Below, in pieces: positions 25,818-37,910 of a stretch of DNA of 64,000 nt. A model generated the notes under the pieces. The model saw only the letters and a list, made by a program, of their open reading frames with translations, was not told the DNA's origin and did not search any database. Every line of letters begins with the position of its first letter. Positions within the stretch are counted from its first letter, which is position 1. This stretch comes from Rhizodiscina lignyota. Its lineage: Eukaryota. The position numbers and the translations under genes are program-made. The DNA lies in NCBI GenBank assembly GCA_010015805.1, contig ML978128.1, positions 1,240,001-1,304,000 on the forward strand, written 5' to 3'.

Positions 25818-26527
25818 ATGGATGACCAAGGACACCTCAACAATCTCCTTAAGTGGGGTATCGAAAATTCAGCTGCGTCTCGCGATGATTCTTCTGCGCG
25901 TGTAAACACCGATCCACCACGAACCGCTGGTTCTGGCCTATCCCCCGAAGCTTTGGCAGCGTTGCTAGGAGGGCCGTCGGACGCCGACCGCATGCGAGAC
26001 GCCATGGTAGCAATACTCAGCCCAGAAGTAGATCTGGAGAACAAGCTCACTGCTTGGGACAACTTCGAACAGCTCATCGAGAACATTGATAATGCAAACA
26101 ATATGGAGCAGTTGGGCATGTGGACGCCGCTGGTCAAGGAATTAGATAATACTGAAGCAGAATGCCGGAGGATGGCATGCTGGTGCATTGGGACCGCAGT
26201 ACAGAACAATATCAAGGCACAGGAAAGAGTAAGTTTGTGGCCCTATTCTCAAGTCGATATGGACGCTAACGGAGACCCCAGTTGCAGGCCCACGACGCCA
26301 TCCCTAAGCTAGTCGAGCTCTCTATCGAAGACGAAACGCAGGCCGTACGGAAGAAAGCCATCCTCGCACTGTCATCTGGCATAAGAAACTGCCAGCCGAA
26401 CCTTGACGCTGCTGTTAAAGCATTGCCCGAGAACGAGAAACCTAAGAGTTCCATCGACGCAGCCGATATGGGCGCAATAGACACAATAATACAAAAGCTG
26501 CGGGACGACTCGCAGCAAAGGGGGTAA
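25818..26527 (+). CDS. FES1: Hsp70 nucleotide exchange factor Fes1, 2 exons
   Basis: [56 protein letters not shown]. Confidence 0.92.
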
Positions 26528-26639
26528 AGATGCTGCGACAATTGCATCAAGACAAGACAAAAATAGCATTTGCAGGCGTTTGGCTCAAAAAGAGAGGCTT
26601 TCTACGGCAATGCATGGGTTTGCCGTCCTATCTTTTTCT

Positions 26640-27563
26640 CTATTCAGGTTTACAATATTTCCGCCAATCGTGCTCGTCTTTGAACCCGAGCACTTCTCTG
26701 ATTTTTCTATTGCTCAGTGGTGCCTCCCATTCTCCCATCTTCCTTGTGATCGGCACATTCGGACAAGCCTCCTTCAAGAACTGCTCAGTTGGTACTTTCG
26801 TAGTGATTGTGTCATTCGTCGCATTGAATACTTGGTATCCAAGCCCGCTCTTTTGTATGCACAGATCGCAAATCTGCCCGAGGTCCCTCGCGTCGATATA
26901 GCTCCAAGCATTGCGCTTCCTTGTCATGGGCTCGTTCACAAACTTGTGAAACTTGGTTTCGTACTCGTCTGGCTCGATGACGTTGCCAATGCGCAGGGCG
27001 TAGATGTCGACATCGAATCGCCTGGCAAATGTGCGAGCTATCCTTTCACCACACAGCTTCGACAGAGCGTAGCTGTCCATTGGATCGTTATCATAATCCT
27101 CTTCAAGTGGGAAGGCATGATAATCTGTGTCTCCCTGCGCAAAACAGACACCATATGTCGTCTCGCTGCTTGCGATGATGATCTTCTTTACTCCGAGCTT
27201 GCAAGCTGCCTCGATAACATTGTACGTGGATGCAGTATTAGCCTGGAAGCATTCGTTGTCTGGCACCAGCATGTTACGCGCATAAGCAGCGAAATGGATA
27301 ACAACGTCAGGAGCTGAAGGAATCTCCTTGTCTGCGTAATGGTCGTAGTTGAAATGCGTCGTCAGGGCATTGAAGACCTGGCCTTGATTTGTGATGTCGG
27401 TCTTGAGCGTATAGACATCAGGGTTGTCCAGGGGAATAAGGTCAAGGTTCAGAACTGTGTGTCCGCGCTTAAGCAACTCTGGAATTACATGCTTTCCAGC
27501 TTTTCCTGAGCCACCAGTGAAGACGATACGTTTGCCCATGGTAGCGATTCTGGTAGCGGCCAT
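26640..27563 (-). CDS. NAD-dependent epimerase/dehydratase (extended SDR), intronless; start may be the MGKR Met at about 27539
   Basis: TGGSGKAG cofactor motif, ASSETTYG, YALSK catalytic YxxxK, WSYIDARD. Confidence 0.88.
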   Translation of the reverse strand: MAATRIATMGKRIVFTGGSGKAGKHVIPELLKRGHTVLNLDLIPLDNPDVYTLKTDITNQGQVFNALTTHFNYDHYADKEIPSAPDVVIHFAAYARNMLVPDNECFQANTASTYNVIEAACKLGVKKIIIASSETTYGVCFAQGDTDYHAFPLEEDYDNDPMDSYALSKLCGERIARTFARRFDVDIYALRIGNVIEPDEYETKFHKFVNEPMTRKRNAWSYIDARDLGQICDLCIQKSGLGYQVFNATNDTITTKVPTEQFLKEACPNVPITRKMGEWEAPLSNRKIREVLGFKDEHDWRKYCKPE

Positions 27564-27966
27564 GCAAGGAGGTCAAGAAATGAGTTCGGAAAAGGGACAA
27601 GAGGAATTGGCCTCAGCAAGGACGGGGAGCTCCATTTTATGTGCATCTTGGCGGATAAATGTAAGATGCAAAAATGCAAGTGTCATGTCTGCCCTCTTCT
27701 CGGTGAAGCTTCCGTAGTGGAGCTTTGAGAGCTGGGTCACCGTTGGAGCTCGGCAGCCAATCATAGGCGACGACGTCATCCGTGGCGTTATCGATACCAC
27801 ACCTTGCCGCAGGCTCGGGTCGAGAAAACGCTTTCTTTGCTTCTGTAACGACAAACAGCGTTCCGCTCACCACAAGGGCACTTCTAACCCCTCCTCTACT
27901 ACATGATCGAAATGTGATCTTTTCATATCCATGCCTTGGATACACTTCTTATGACCAGTGAGCTCC

Positions 27967-28934
27967 ATGCGTGGAGTCAAAAGAACAGCGTTCCTCCGCG
28001 CAGGCGTGCTTAAGCCGAAGAAACCTCTGTTATTTTTCAATTCCATCCCACCAATTGCTCGGGGCCTCGCAAATGTTCGAGACATAGAAGGCACTTTCTC
28101 ACATGTTTGGTTCAATACTACTCCACGATGTCCTCTGCCGCTCCCCTCACAAGGTCAATTCCAGGATCATGAGCCACCCGACGAACGTACTCTGAAGCTC
28201 GGGAAGAGTAAGGCAACCCGCCCATTGTTTGCAAGGACATGCTAATGTATGTAGCTGTACGCATCTTACATGAACGACTACCAGATCTTCTCGCTTCTCC
28301 TCTCCCACAAGAGATACTCTCTCCACAGATTACTCTTCACCTCTTCCCTTCGACACATCCACATCTTCCTACGGTTACGGGTAAGATTGCGTATACTGCG
28401 GCACTTTGGACTGCGCCTGTAGCATGGGGACGCTTCCCAGTCGTCGGCAATGTTAAACTTATAATCCTCTCAGAGCGCATGGTGCGCAATGGCGGCTCAC
28501 AGTCGCCTTACGGCTATCGGAGTGAGCGACTGATCGTACGTTGGAAAACACGCGGCAAGACAAAAGGCAAAGGCGTCGGTGCACTATATCGCGGCATATC
28601 CGGGTCTGAGAGCAAAAATGGCAGTGTCGACAAGATCACAGAGTTCATAGGAGACGATCCTCGAGTACCTGACGACAAGGAGTTTTGCGGCTTGTTCCTG
28701 TTCGAATTCGACGAAGAGGGCAGGATTGTTAGCCACACTATCGAACATGCGGAAGAAGGCGGCAATTGGGAGAAGATGCCTATGGTAATCAATGTAACCG
28801 ATTGGCTTCTGGGACGAGCTTGGGGAAAGAATAAAGAAGACGAGGTTCCGCCCGGCGTGGTTTTGAACTACCTCGAAACGAGTGGTTCGAGGCGTTCACA
28901 GAAGCACACGAGAGACAGACTCGTTTCGAGGTAG
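27967..28934 (+). CDS. Conserved fungal hypothetical protein, possibly mitochondrial (C6orf136/DUF2358-like), 2 exons
   Basis: DERTLKLGK|TVRILHERLP, LFPSTHPHLPTV, FCGLFLFEFDEEGRIVSHTIE; basic presequence-like N-terminus. Confidence 0.7.
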
Positions 28935-28958
28935 TTCACAGAAGCACACGAGAGACAG
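28864..28958. repeat. 25-bp direct repeat (28894-28918 and 28934-28958) interleaved with a 20-bp perfect inverted repeat (28864-28883 and 28919-28938)
   Basis: GTTCACAGAAGCACACGAGAGACAG twice; TGAACTACCTCGAAACGAGT and its reverse complement ACTCGTTTCGAGGTAGTTCA. Confidence 0.9.
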
Positions 28959-29693
28959 CAGATGAGTCTCGAATGAACGCTGGAATGATAATTGATATGG
29001 TACTCCCGTTTGAAAGCTGGGCGTTATGTTGGATTGGTTCATCCTGTTGACAGCGAGGAAGGATGCAAGTCGTGTTCCCGTTTGAACAGCCTGTACATAT
29101 ACCTTTTAACTATCAATATCCACCCCACTCCCTTGCTGTCAAATATGGCTCTGTTACAGTAATACTGCCGCACGTCATAACGTGATCGTACTATGGTCTG
29201 GAACGGAAAGTGAGGCGGGATGCAATTCTCTCATCAGCTCCAATGGACACCCATGACCGGAAACGGTGGGTTTTTCTCACGGAGCGCGAAGAATCGATTG
29301 GCCTTGCATACCCGTCACCTGCGGAGAAGGAGGCTTGCCTCTGCAGCTCGTTGTCGTGTTCGCCGTTGCGTCGACGAATGGGCGCACGGTTGCTGCAGCT
29401 TCGTGGATGAGATGCACGGCCCTCTCCCGGACCGTTCCAAAGCAGAGAGCTTCATCACCTGGGCATGACAGAGCACGACAGCCTTTGCTCGTCTCTTCCA
29501 GCCTCCGCGGCTTCCCTTTGACGCAGTTCTTAAACCGAACAACACCAGGCAGAGCTCCAAGAGCAGACAGTATAGCTATCTACCCCGCGCTCCTCCCTTG
29601 AGAGCAGACCGATCGAGCTGCGCAAAAGCTGCCGGCTGCCTGCCGTCTCCACCAGCCTCTTACATGTGCACAAGACTGCAGCTGTAGAACAGC

Positions 29694-32600
29694 ATGGCAG
29701 ATACCGGTGGTGTCTCATTCGGTGAGTATCGTGCCTCGACGAGTGTCCTTGCATGTTAGACTGACACCTCCTTACCCAGAACACCTCGACATCCTAAATC
29801 TCACAGCGGAGGAGAAGCGCGCTTATAAGCAGCTCTTCACGCAGGCAGACAACGACAGCTCAGGTATAATAACCGGCGAAGTAGCCGTAAAGTTTTTAGA
29901 AAGGACCCTGGTGCCTGGTGCGATATTGGGAGAGGTATAAGGAACTCCGCAAGCCTAGCCGCCGAGGAGATTTTCACTGACAACAACCTGGAAAACAGAT
30001 ATGGCAGATTGCAGATCAAGAGAATCGGGGCTTTCTCACACCAGCGGGCTTTGCTGTGTGCTTGAGACTAATAGGACATTACCAAGCTGGCAAGGACCCT
30101 GATTCGAAGCTTGCTTTTCAGCGTATGGCGCCCAGACAACCGCACCACTGTCGAACCTGAAGCTGATGGTTAATTTGGACAATAGCTGGACCCCTTCCAA
30201 AATTCGATGGCATATCTGTCGCTGCTGGCGCTCCCCCACCATCCGGACCGCCTCCAGGAATTCAACCTCAATTGAGCGGGTCAGCTGGAGGTCCGATCAG
30301 GGTGCCTCCACTGACGCCCGAGAAGGCCGCCGATTATGCGGGACTGTTCGAACGGTCCGGGGCACATAATGGCATAATGTCTGGTAGGTGCATGGACCCA
30401 ATGGCCCTTTTCTGGTGAAGCTAATACTGTGAAGGCGATGCTGCCAAGCAGATATTCGAGAAGGCAAGGCTTCCGAACGACGTGCTCGGTCGTATCTGGA
30501 ACCTCTCAGATACGGAACAAAGAGGGGCTCTGAGTGTCACCGAATTCATCATTGCTATGCATTTACTAGCATCGTTCAAGAGCCGTGCGATGGCCGGCGT
30601 GCCTGCTACCCTTCCGGCTGGTTTGTACGAGGCTGCCGCTCGACGAGGCCCTGTTGCTCGTGGTCCTGGTGGCCCTCCGCCTGGCGGCCCTGGCCCCGGT
30701 CCGATCCCCCGCCAATTTAGTGGAGCGCAGCCTGGGAGAACTTCAAGCCCGCTTGCCCGTACCCCTTATGGAGTTTCTTCGCCTACAACAGCAGCTCCAA
30801 GACAAGATTGGGACTGGGATGTCACTCCGCAAGAGAAGCAACAATATGATGGACTGTTCGATAAGGTTGATATTGCACGCAATGGTTTCATCACTGGAGA
30901 ACAGGCTGTTGTTTTCTTCAGTGAATCCGGTCTTTCTGAAGACTATCTTGCTACGATCTGGGATCTTTCCGACATTCTTTCAGAAGGCAAACTTAACCGG
31001 GACGAGTTCGCCGTGGCCATGTATCTCATCAGGCTTCAACGAGGCAAACCAACGTCAGTGCTACCAACCAGCTTGCCTGAACGTCTGATACCTCCAAGTA
31101 TGCGAAATCAGAGACCAGTATCACAGACCACGGCACCTGCTTTCGACAATGCTGCGCATGCGACAGGGATCTCCAAATCCGCTTCTGAAGATCTCTTCGG
31201 ACTGGATGCCCTGACGTCCTCGCCAACCTCGGCCCAGATCCCTCAGATCCCTCAGATCCCGCAGTCCACTGGCGGCTCTGCTGCTCCTGTAAGAGCAAGT
31301 GCTGATCCATTTGGCAGCCAGCCGAGCTCGCCCAAGTCACCGACTAGCTCGCAGTTCTTCGCTGGCCCCAGCGCTGGAGGCTTCAAACCGTTTAAGCCGA
31401 CTTCAGCCTTCGGCCAAGGTTTGCAGACTCAGAATACTGGAGCATCTGCGGGCTCTGCTGGGAGTGCTCCACGTCAGCCGCAGACGCCAAATTTCGATGA
31501 TCTCCTTGGTGACAACGATCCGGAGATTAGCAAGAAGCTCACGAAGGAAACGACCGAACTTGCCAATATGTCCAACCAGATCGGCACTCTGCGAACTCAG
31601 ATGGAGGAAGTCCAGTCGAAGAAAGTTACCACGGAAAATGACTTGAACAGAACTAGTACCCAAAAGCGTGATCTCGAGCTCAGACTGTCTCAGTTCAGAT
31701 CCCAATACGAGAATGAAATCCGAAATGTGAAGGCTCTTGAAGAGCGCTTGAACGCCTCACGTGCCGATACGGAGAAGCTGAGGAGGGATTATGCAATGGT
31801 TGAAGGATCATTCCAGGATCTGCAAAATCAACACAGACAAGTTGCGGACGCCCTCTCCACCGATCAACGGGAGAATGCTAGCCTTAAGCAGAAGATTAGC
31901 GAGATGAACACCGAGATCAACCAGCTGAAGCCGCAACTTGAGAAGATGAGATCTGACGCGCGACAGCAGAAAGGCTTGGTCGCGATTAATAAGAAGCAGC
32001 TCTCAACTAGCGAAGGCGAGCGTGACAAGATCAAGAATGAAATGAGTGATCTCTCCAAGGCGGCCGAGGAGAGAGCAAGAGCGTCTCCAGCACCGGATAC
32101 CTCATCAGTTATCAGCCCTGCAATCTCAACAGCAAGTCAGAGCACGAATCCATTCTTCCGGCGCACACCACAACAGTCATTCAGCGATTCGAGATCTCCT
32201 GGACCACCTTCTCGTGCAGGTACTGGGACGCAGGAGAACTATGATAATTTCTTCGGCCCATCTTCCTTCACATCACAAGGTGCAGCACCACCGCAGACAA
32301 CTTTCCGTTCCGAATCGAATGTGCCAGCCTTCTCCACCCAAGCCGGATCTTCCGTGATCTCCTCAGAACCTGGTGTCCCAACTCCTTCAACATCCCCGCC
32401 GCTTTCATCGTACCACGAGTCGCCTCAGCCTCCTGCACCACCAGAATCAACGCAGATGACTAGCAAGCAGTTGCCACTTCGTGAACCTGTCGCGCTCACA
32501 GAGTCGCTAGGCTCTTCTGTGCGAGTTGGCACTCCTGGAAGCAGACAAGGTGGCCCAGGGACAGATACGCCTACCAACCTGGCTGCATCGCCTGCCCCAG

Positions 32601-34395
32601 CATCTATCAGCAGCAGAGGTCTCGAAAGAAATGACTCAAACAGGACGGAAACTTTCAATGCCTTCGATCGCGCTTCTAATGCCTCGCCTGCTTCTGGTTC
32701 TGCCGCTATTCCTGGGGCGTTCCCCGATCCATCCCCGGCACAGCGAAGCACAACTGTGGACAGCAAATCGGATTTCGATGCTGCATTTGCCAACTACCCC
32801 AGCACGAAGCAACCACAGGAGAGACAACACACTGGATCATCGCTCAATGGCTCAGTAGCATCAGGGCCTCCATTGAGATTCCACCAAGAATTTCCTCCAA
32901 TTGAGGATGTTGGTCAGGATGATGATAGCGATACAAGCGAAGATCAAGGGTTTGCCGACAATTTCGGATCGCCGGGGCGTAAGAAGGAGGCTGACGCTCC
33001 TCCCGCAGAACCCACAGAACCCTCCGAGTCTAAGTCAAATGATGACACGGACGATCTGTACACGCCGCGGCCAACAATGCAACACCTCGGCTCAAGTGCC
33101 TTGTCTGATCTTCCAGGTCCAAATGCGCAGAAGTCGCCGCCTTCGTACGGCGAGACACTTGCCCTGGAACACAGCCATGGATCGGGGTCGAATTCGTTCC
33201 CTCCAGAATTTGGAGGTCTGCTCCCGAGTCGCGAGGACCCTACAGTCAACACGAGTCCTCCTCCACCGCAAGAGGCGAGGGCGCAGTCACCGGAGGATCG
33301 CTTCGGGGGTCCAGTCGGTGGTGGAGGTGGTCAAGGTCATGCCCTGTTCGGTGGGGGCCCTTCTTCATCGGCCAAGGCATCTAGCCCTCCCCCAGCTCAG
33401 GAGAGCTCGGGCAGCACAGCTAGCGACGCATACCAGTCCGCAGTGTCCTATCCCAGTACACAGAACAAAAGCCCCTCAGGATCACAGCCACCGCAAATCT
33501 CCAAGACAGCCTTTGGTGACGACTTTGATACTGGATTCGATGATCTAGCAGAGGCAAAAGAGGATGAACAAGATGATGGTGACGAATTTATGCCTGCCAG
33601 TCAGCATCATGATGCTTTCGATGAGTTCAATCCTGTCTTCGACAGCCCAGCCGCAAGCAAGACCAACACGATGGCCAGCCTAGCTACTCCCACTGGGAAA
33701 GCTACTACGAGTCAACCTATGGACAATTCATTCGGTGACTTCGAACAAGATATTGAAAATGCTTTTGGCAGCAGCTCAACTTCTGCAGCCAAGTCCGGAG
33801 GTCAGGACACGGGTGCTGGCTCTACCAACTGGGACGATATCTTTGGCAGTGTGGACAAGCACCCCGCCGAATCCAAGCCAGATGTATCTGCCGCTAACAC
33901 TGGCTTCTCCTTCCCCGAGCCTCCTTCCAAGTCCAAGTCCAACTCCCAAGACGATGCTGCCACTTTAACACCTCTAGCAGCAGCGTCAGAGGCAGACAAG
34001 GGTCAGATGCCGCAACTTGGTCGTGCATTGAGCGCTGGAACTGAACACGACGATCCAATCCTTAAGCAGCTGACCGCCAAGGGATATCCACGCACGGAAG
34101 CCCTGAACACTCTTGAGAAGTACGACTATGATTACAACAAGGTATGTCGCGAGTCCTTACCTGCCTTAACCATTGTAAAGAGTCTGTGCTGATCATGTTC
34201 GCTACAGGCCCTCGATGAACTTTCCCAAGGAGATGTCACCCAATTGACGAACATGGGCTTCTCAAAATCCGATGCTGTTAAGGCGCTCCAGGCATACGAC
34301 TACGACCTCAACAAGGTAAGGCACTCCATTTACCCCCACAGAAGTCCCCCAGTACTAATACTCAATAGGCTGCAAACTACTTGACTTCAAAGTAA
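29694..34395 (+). CDS. EDE1: EH-domain endocytic scaffold Ede1/Eps15-like with coiled coil, NPF motif and two C-terminal UBA domains
   Basis: Three EH domains (LGEIWQIAD, LGRIWNLSD, LATIWDLSD), coiled coil, STNPFF, UBA-type KGY/MGF motifs; multiple GT-AG introns. Confidence 0.92.
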
Positions 34396-35497
34396 TTAAT
34401 ACCTTTTCTTATTTCTGAGTAGCTTGCTGACTATTTGACTCCGAAGTAATATTTCCGCAATTCGCTGAGTGGCATCATTGAATTTCGATACACAAAATTG
34501 AGCTGGTGGTAATACGTGCAGAGGTACGGGAAGGATACATAACAAACGTTCGGTAATCGGATCTGAGAGCGTTTGAGCGGATACCTCACATAGCGAGCAT
34601 GTGGGTCGGTCATTTGAAGCGGCTGGCACCTGTGGTTTTCTTTCCATTCGATCCTTCGCCTGTATAGCTTGGACTTTGAATAATGTAACACCAATGCTTT
34701 TCCAAACTGTGATCAATTTACTTTCAATGGTTGTAATTATATTCGCTTGTTCTAACTTTAGTGGAGCTATTGCGGTCAGACTTTTCGTCTCACCAGATCG
34801 TTTTCCCAGCTGTTGAATCCGATCTCAGTACGGGCGCTTAACCCTTGCAATATTCGTAATGTCGAGATACAACCTCACAGAGGTCGTTCAGATCTGGCTT
34901 GAGAAACTAGTTATAGAACTTAGATCTTCACACGAGTGTGTACAGGTGCCTCGGTGATGGCTCGAGAGTTTTCGAGCCTCCATTAACCTAGCAACTTGCA
35001 CAATTGTATCCTCATAGTTATAAACGTCGAGATTTCAGCTACGGATATCGGCAGAGCACTAGCTGGCTCGACAGTATAACATGATCCGGTAATACCGAGC
35101 AACCCGTTCATGCCAAGCTTTTCCGAAGTTTAAAGGGCTTGGGACGCGGCTTATCTTGATAGACTCTCCTTTCTGCTCCACCCGTCCATCGTCAATTCGA
35201 CTCGAGCTTTCAAGGTCTTTCTTGAGTCTGGTCTCGCAAATTGTCAATATTTCGTTGAATTCAAAGTGGCTGCGTCTACGCGTGCCCTTTCTGCTACACT
35301 ACATCCAAATGATTCAATAACACGTGCTAAAAGGTCTTCTGTGAGACGAATCTCTGTGAAGAGGCGGCAGAAGTCGGCAGAGGCACCTGACTGACGTTTG
35401 GAGAAATTGGCGTCAGGCCATAGTCCTATCTTATCCATCAGTCATTCGAAATTTTCTCACCGGTCAAACTTGGTGGCGATCCATAGTACATTACGAC

Positions 35498-37459
35498 ATG
35501 CCTACTCTAAGTGTCGTCAACTTTAACATCGTCTGCGCCACACTTGGAGGATTCATTGCTCTCTTTGGACTCGTATCATTTCTGTGCAAGGAGAAATTCT
35601 ATCTCTCGGAAGCCTGTGTGTACATCAAAGTCGTTTTCGCGGAGAGTGCTGATTTTTGAAACAGTGATATCAACCATTGCTGGAGTCATTTTCTCGCCAT
35701 CGGCAGCGAACCTTATCAGGCCGCTCGAATATGCTCTCGGAAATCAAGAAACACTTGGTACCATCACGCTTTACTTCACCCGACTGGTACTCGGAGTGCA
35801 ACTTGTCATTGCAGGAATCCAGTTACCGAGCAAGTATCTGAAGAAGGAATGGAAGGCCTTGGCCTTGCTTCTCGGTCCTGGAATGGCCTTTATGTGGATC
35901 GCGACGAGTCTTCTTGTCTGGGCTTTCGTCCCGAACCTTAAGTTCGTGTATGCCCTTGCCATTGGTGCATGCGTTACACCTACCGATCCGGTGCTCTCAA
36001 ATTCAATTGTCAAGGGCAAATTTGCCGACAAGAACATCCCCAAAGACTTGCAGCGAATCGTGATTGCGGAGTCTGGGGCAAATGATGGTCTCGGCTACCC
36101 GTTCCTCTTTCTCCCATTGTACCTCATCAAGTTCACCCTGGAGCATGGCGCAGGCTCTCATGGCAATGGAGGTACAGCCGTTGCAATGTGGTTCTACGAA
36201 ACTTGGGTGTATCAGATTATTTTAGGGGTGGTATACGGTGCCACAGTTGGATGGGTCGCAAAAGAGCTCCTGCATTGGGCCGAGGATAGGAAATATGTGG
36301 ACCGAGAAAGCTTTTTGGTGTTCGCCATAGCGCTTGCTGTGAGTGGTCCTCGATGGAGTCAAGCATCTTCCATCAAGCTAACTTAGTTCCACTAGCTCTT
36401 TATCACTGGAACAGTCGGGATGATTGGGAGCGACGATGTACTTGCCTGCTTCATTGCTGGCAATACATTTACTTGGGAGTAAGTTGTGCTGCGACGAAAT
36501 CGCAACAGCGCTAATCAAAGCAGTGACTGGTTCCGAATTGAGACACAGGACGACTCCCTGCAACCAACCGTTGACATGCTGTTGAACGTCTCGGTTTTTA
36601 TCTGGTTCGGTGCAGTCTGTCCATGGAATATGTTTGCCCACAATAACGTCATCCCGGTCTACAGACTAATCTTCCTGGGCATTCTTGTGCTGCTTCTTCG
36701 GCGACCCCCGATAGTGTTCGCCATGCACACTAAAATCCGCCAAATTGAACAATGGCAACAAGCACTATTTGTCGGCTTCTTCGGACCGATTGGTGTGAGC
36801 GCGATCTTCTATCTTTACCTTACGCTCGATTTTCTGCGGACTCAGATAGTCGTTGATGGAAAAGAACGAGACGACGCTGAGAGACTGGGCGAGATTATGT
36901 ATATCGTCATCTGGTTCATTGTGATTTGCAGTATTGTAAGTGTACTTCTTTGAAGGGTTTGACCACTAGCTGACATTGGAAGATTGTGCATGGACTCAGT
37001 GTTCCTCTTGGAAAGTTTGGATGGTATCTCCCCAGAACCATTTCAGCGGCACTGAGCGATACGAGGGACAACGATCCTGCTCCATTCCATATTCGTGAAA
37101 GCGAACGCACATCACAGGAGGGTACTTCCGGAGTAGAATCTCTGGTAGACAATCACCAGATTCAAGCACCGCGACCACTCTATCGCATCGGTCGTTCTGT
37201 GGTTCGTGGACGCAACTCAAGAGGCACATCAGCGGCAGCGACGCCACATACCGTATCCCCACGCGCAGGTACTCCTACCAAAGACATTGAAAGCGGCTCT
37301 CCGGGAGAGTTTAACTCGGCGACTTCGTTACCTCCTGCATCTGGTGTGCTTGAGTCGAGGACTATCCGCTTTCGCGATGAGAGGCCTCATGGAACGGCGA
37401 ATTTTGAACGCGAGACAGAGGCTGGACAGGAGAGAGATATTGAAATTTCGAACACGTGA
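35498..37459 (+). CDS. Na+(K+)/H+ antiporter, fungal Nha1/CPA1 family, multi-exon
   Basis: LFGLVSFLCKEKFYLSE, ACVTPTDPVLS, AESGANDGLG, SDDVLACF, GFFGPIGV; many transmembrane segments. Confidence 0.9.
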
Positions 37460-37910
37460 AAGATGGAAAGGGGGAAGAAAGGAACATATAATTGTTGAGA
37501 TTTGTGGTGTCTTTTTCCCATTTTAAAAGACATTCATATTCTGCTGGCGTTGCGGAACAATCTCCACTTTAATGATATGATATTAATAACGGCTCCGGAG
37601 GATGCGCTAGGGGGCCGAGCCTTTAAGGATCCTTAGTAGTTTCTTGGGCCCTGCATTCGTAAGAAAAACACATGCCTTAATCAGCTACGTGCGCCTATCA
37701 CAAGCGCGGCCAAGAACGTGCGGCAAGCCACAAAAGGCCCTTTTTAACATTTCGAAGGCGCTTTTAGGCTGACAAGACTGCCCCAAGAAATACATTGTCG
37801 TGTTTGACTTTGCCATTTTGCGCGTGGACAATTTGATTTTGCCGAACATATCAGGTTGACTCGTCCCTTCTTTCTAAAAACATGTTCCGCTGAAGCATCG
37901 TCGTCAGGAG

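Noticed and set aside
31236..31264. CAGATCCCT-type repeat three times in EDE1
   Set aside because: In-frame QIP slippage repeat in a disordered linker; unremarkable.
34800..35440. Short minus-strand ORFs between EDE1 and the antiporter
   Set aside because: No motifs or convincing splice structure; treated as intergenic.
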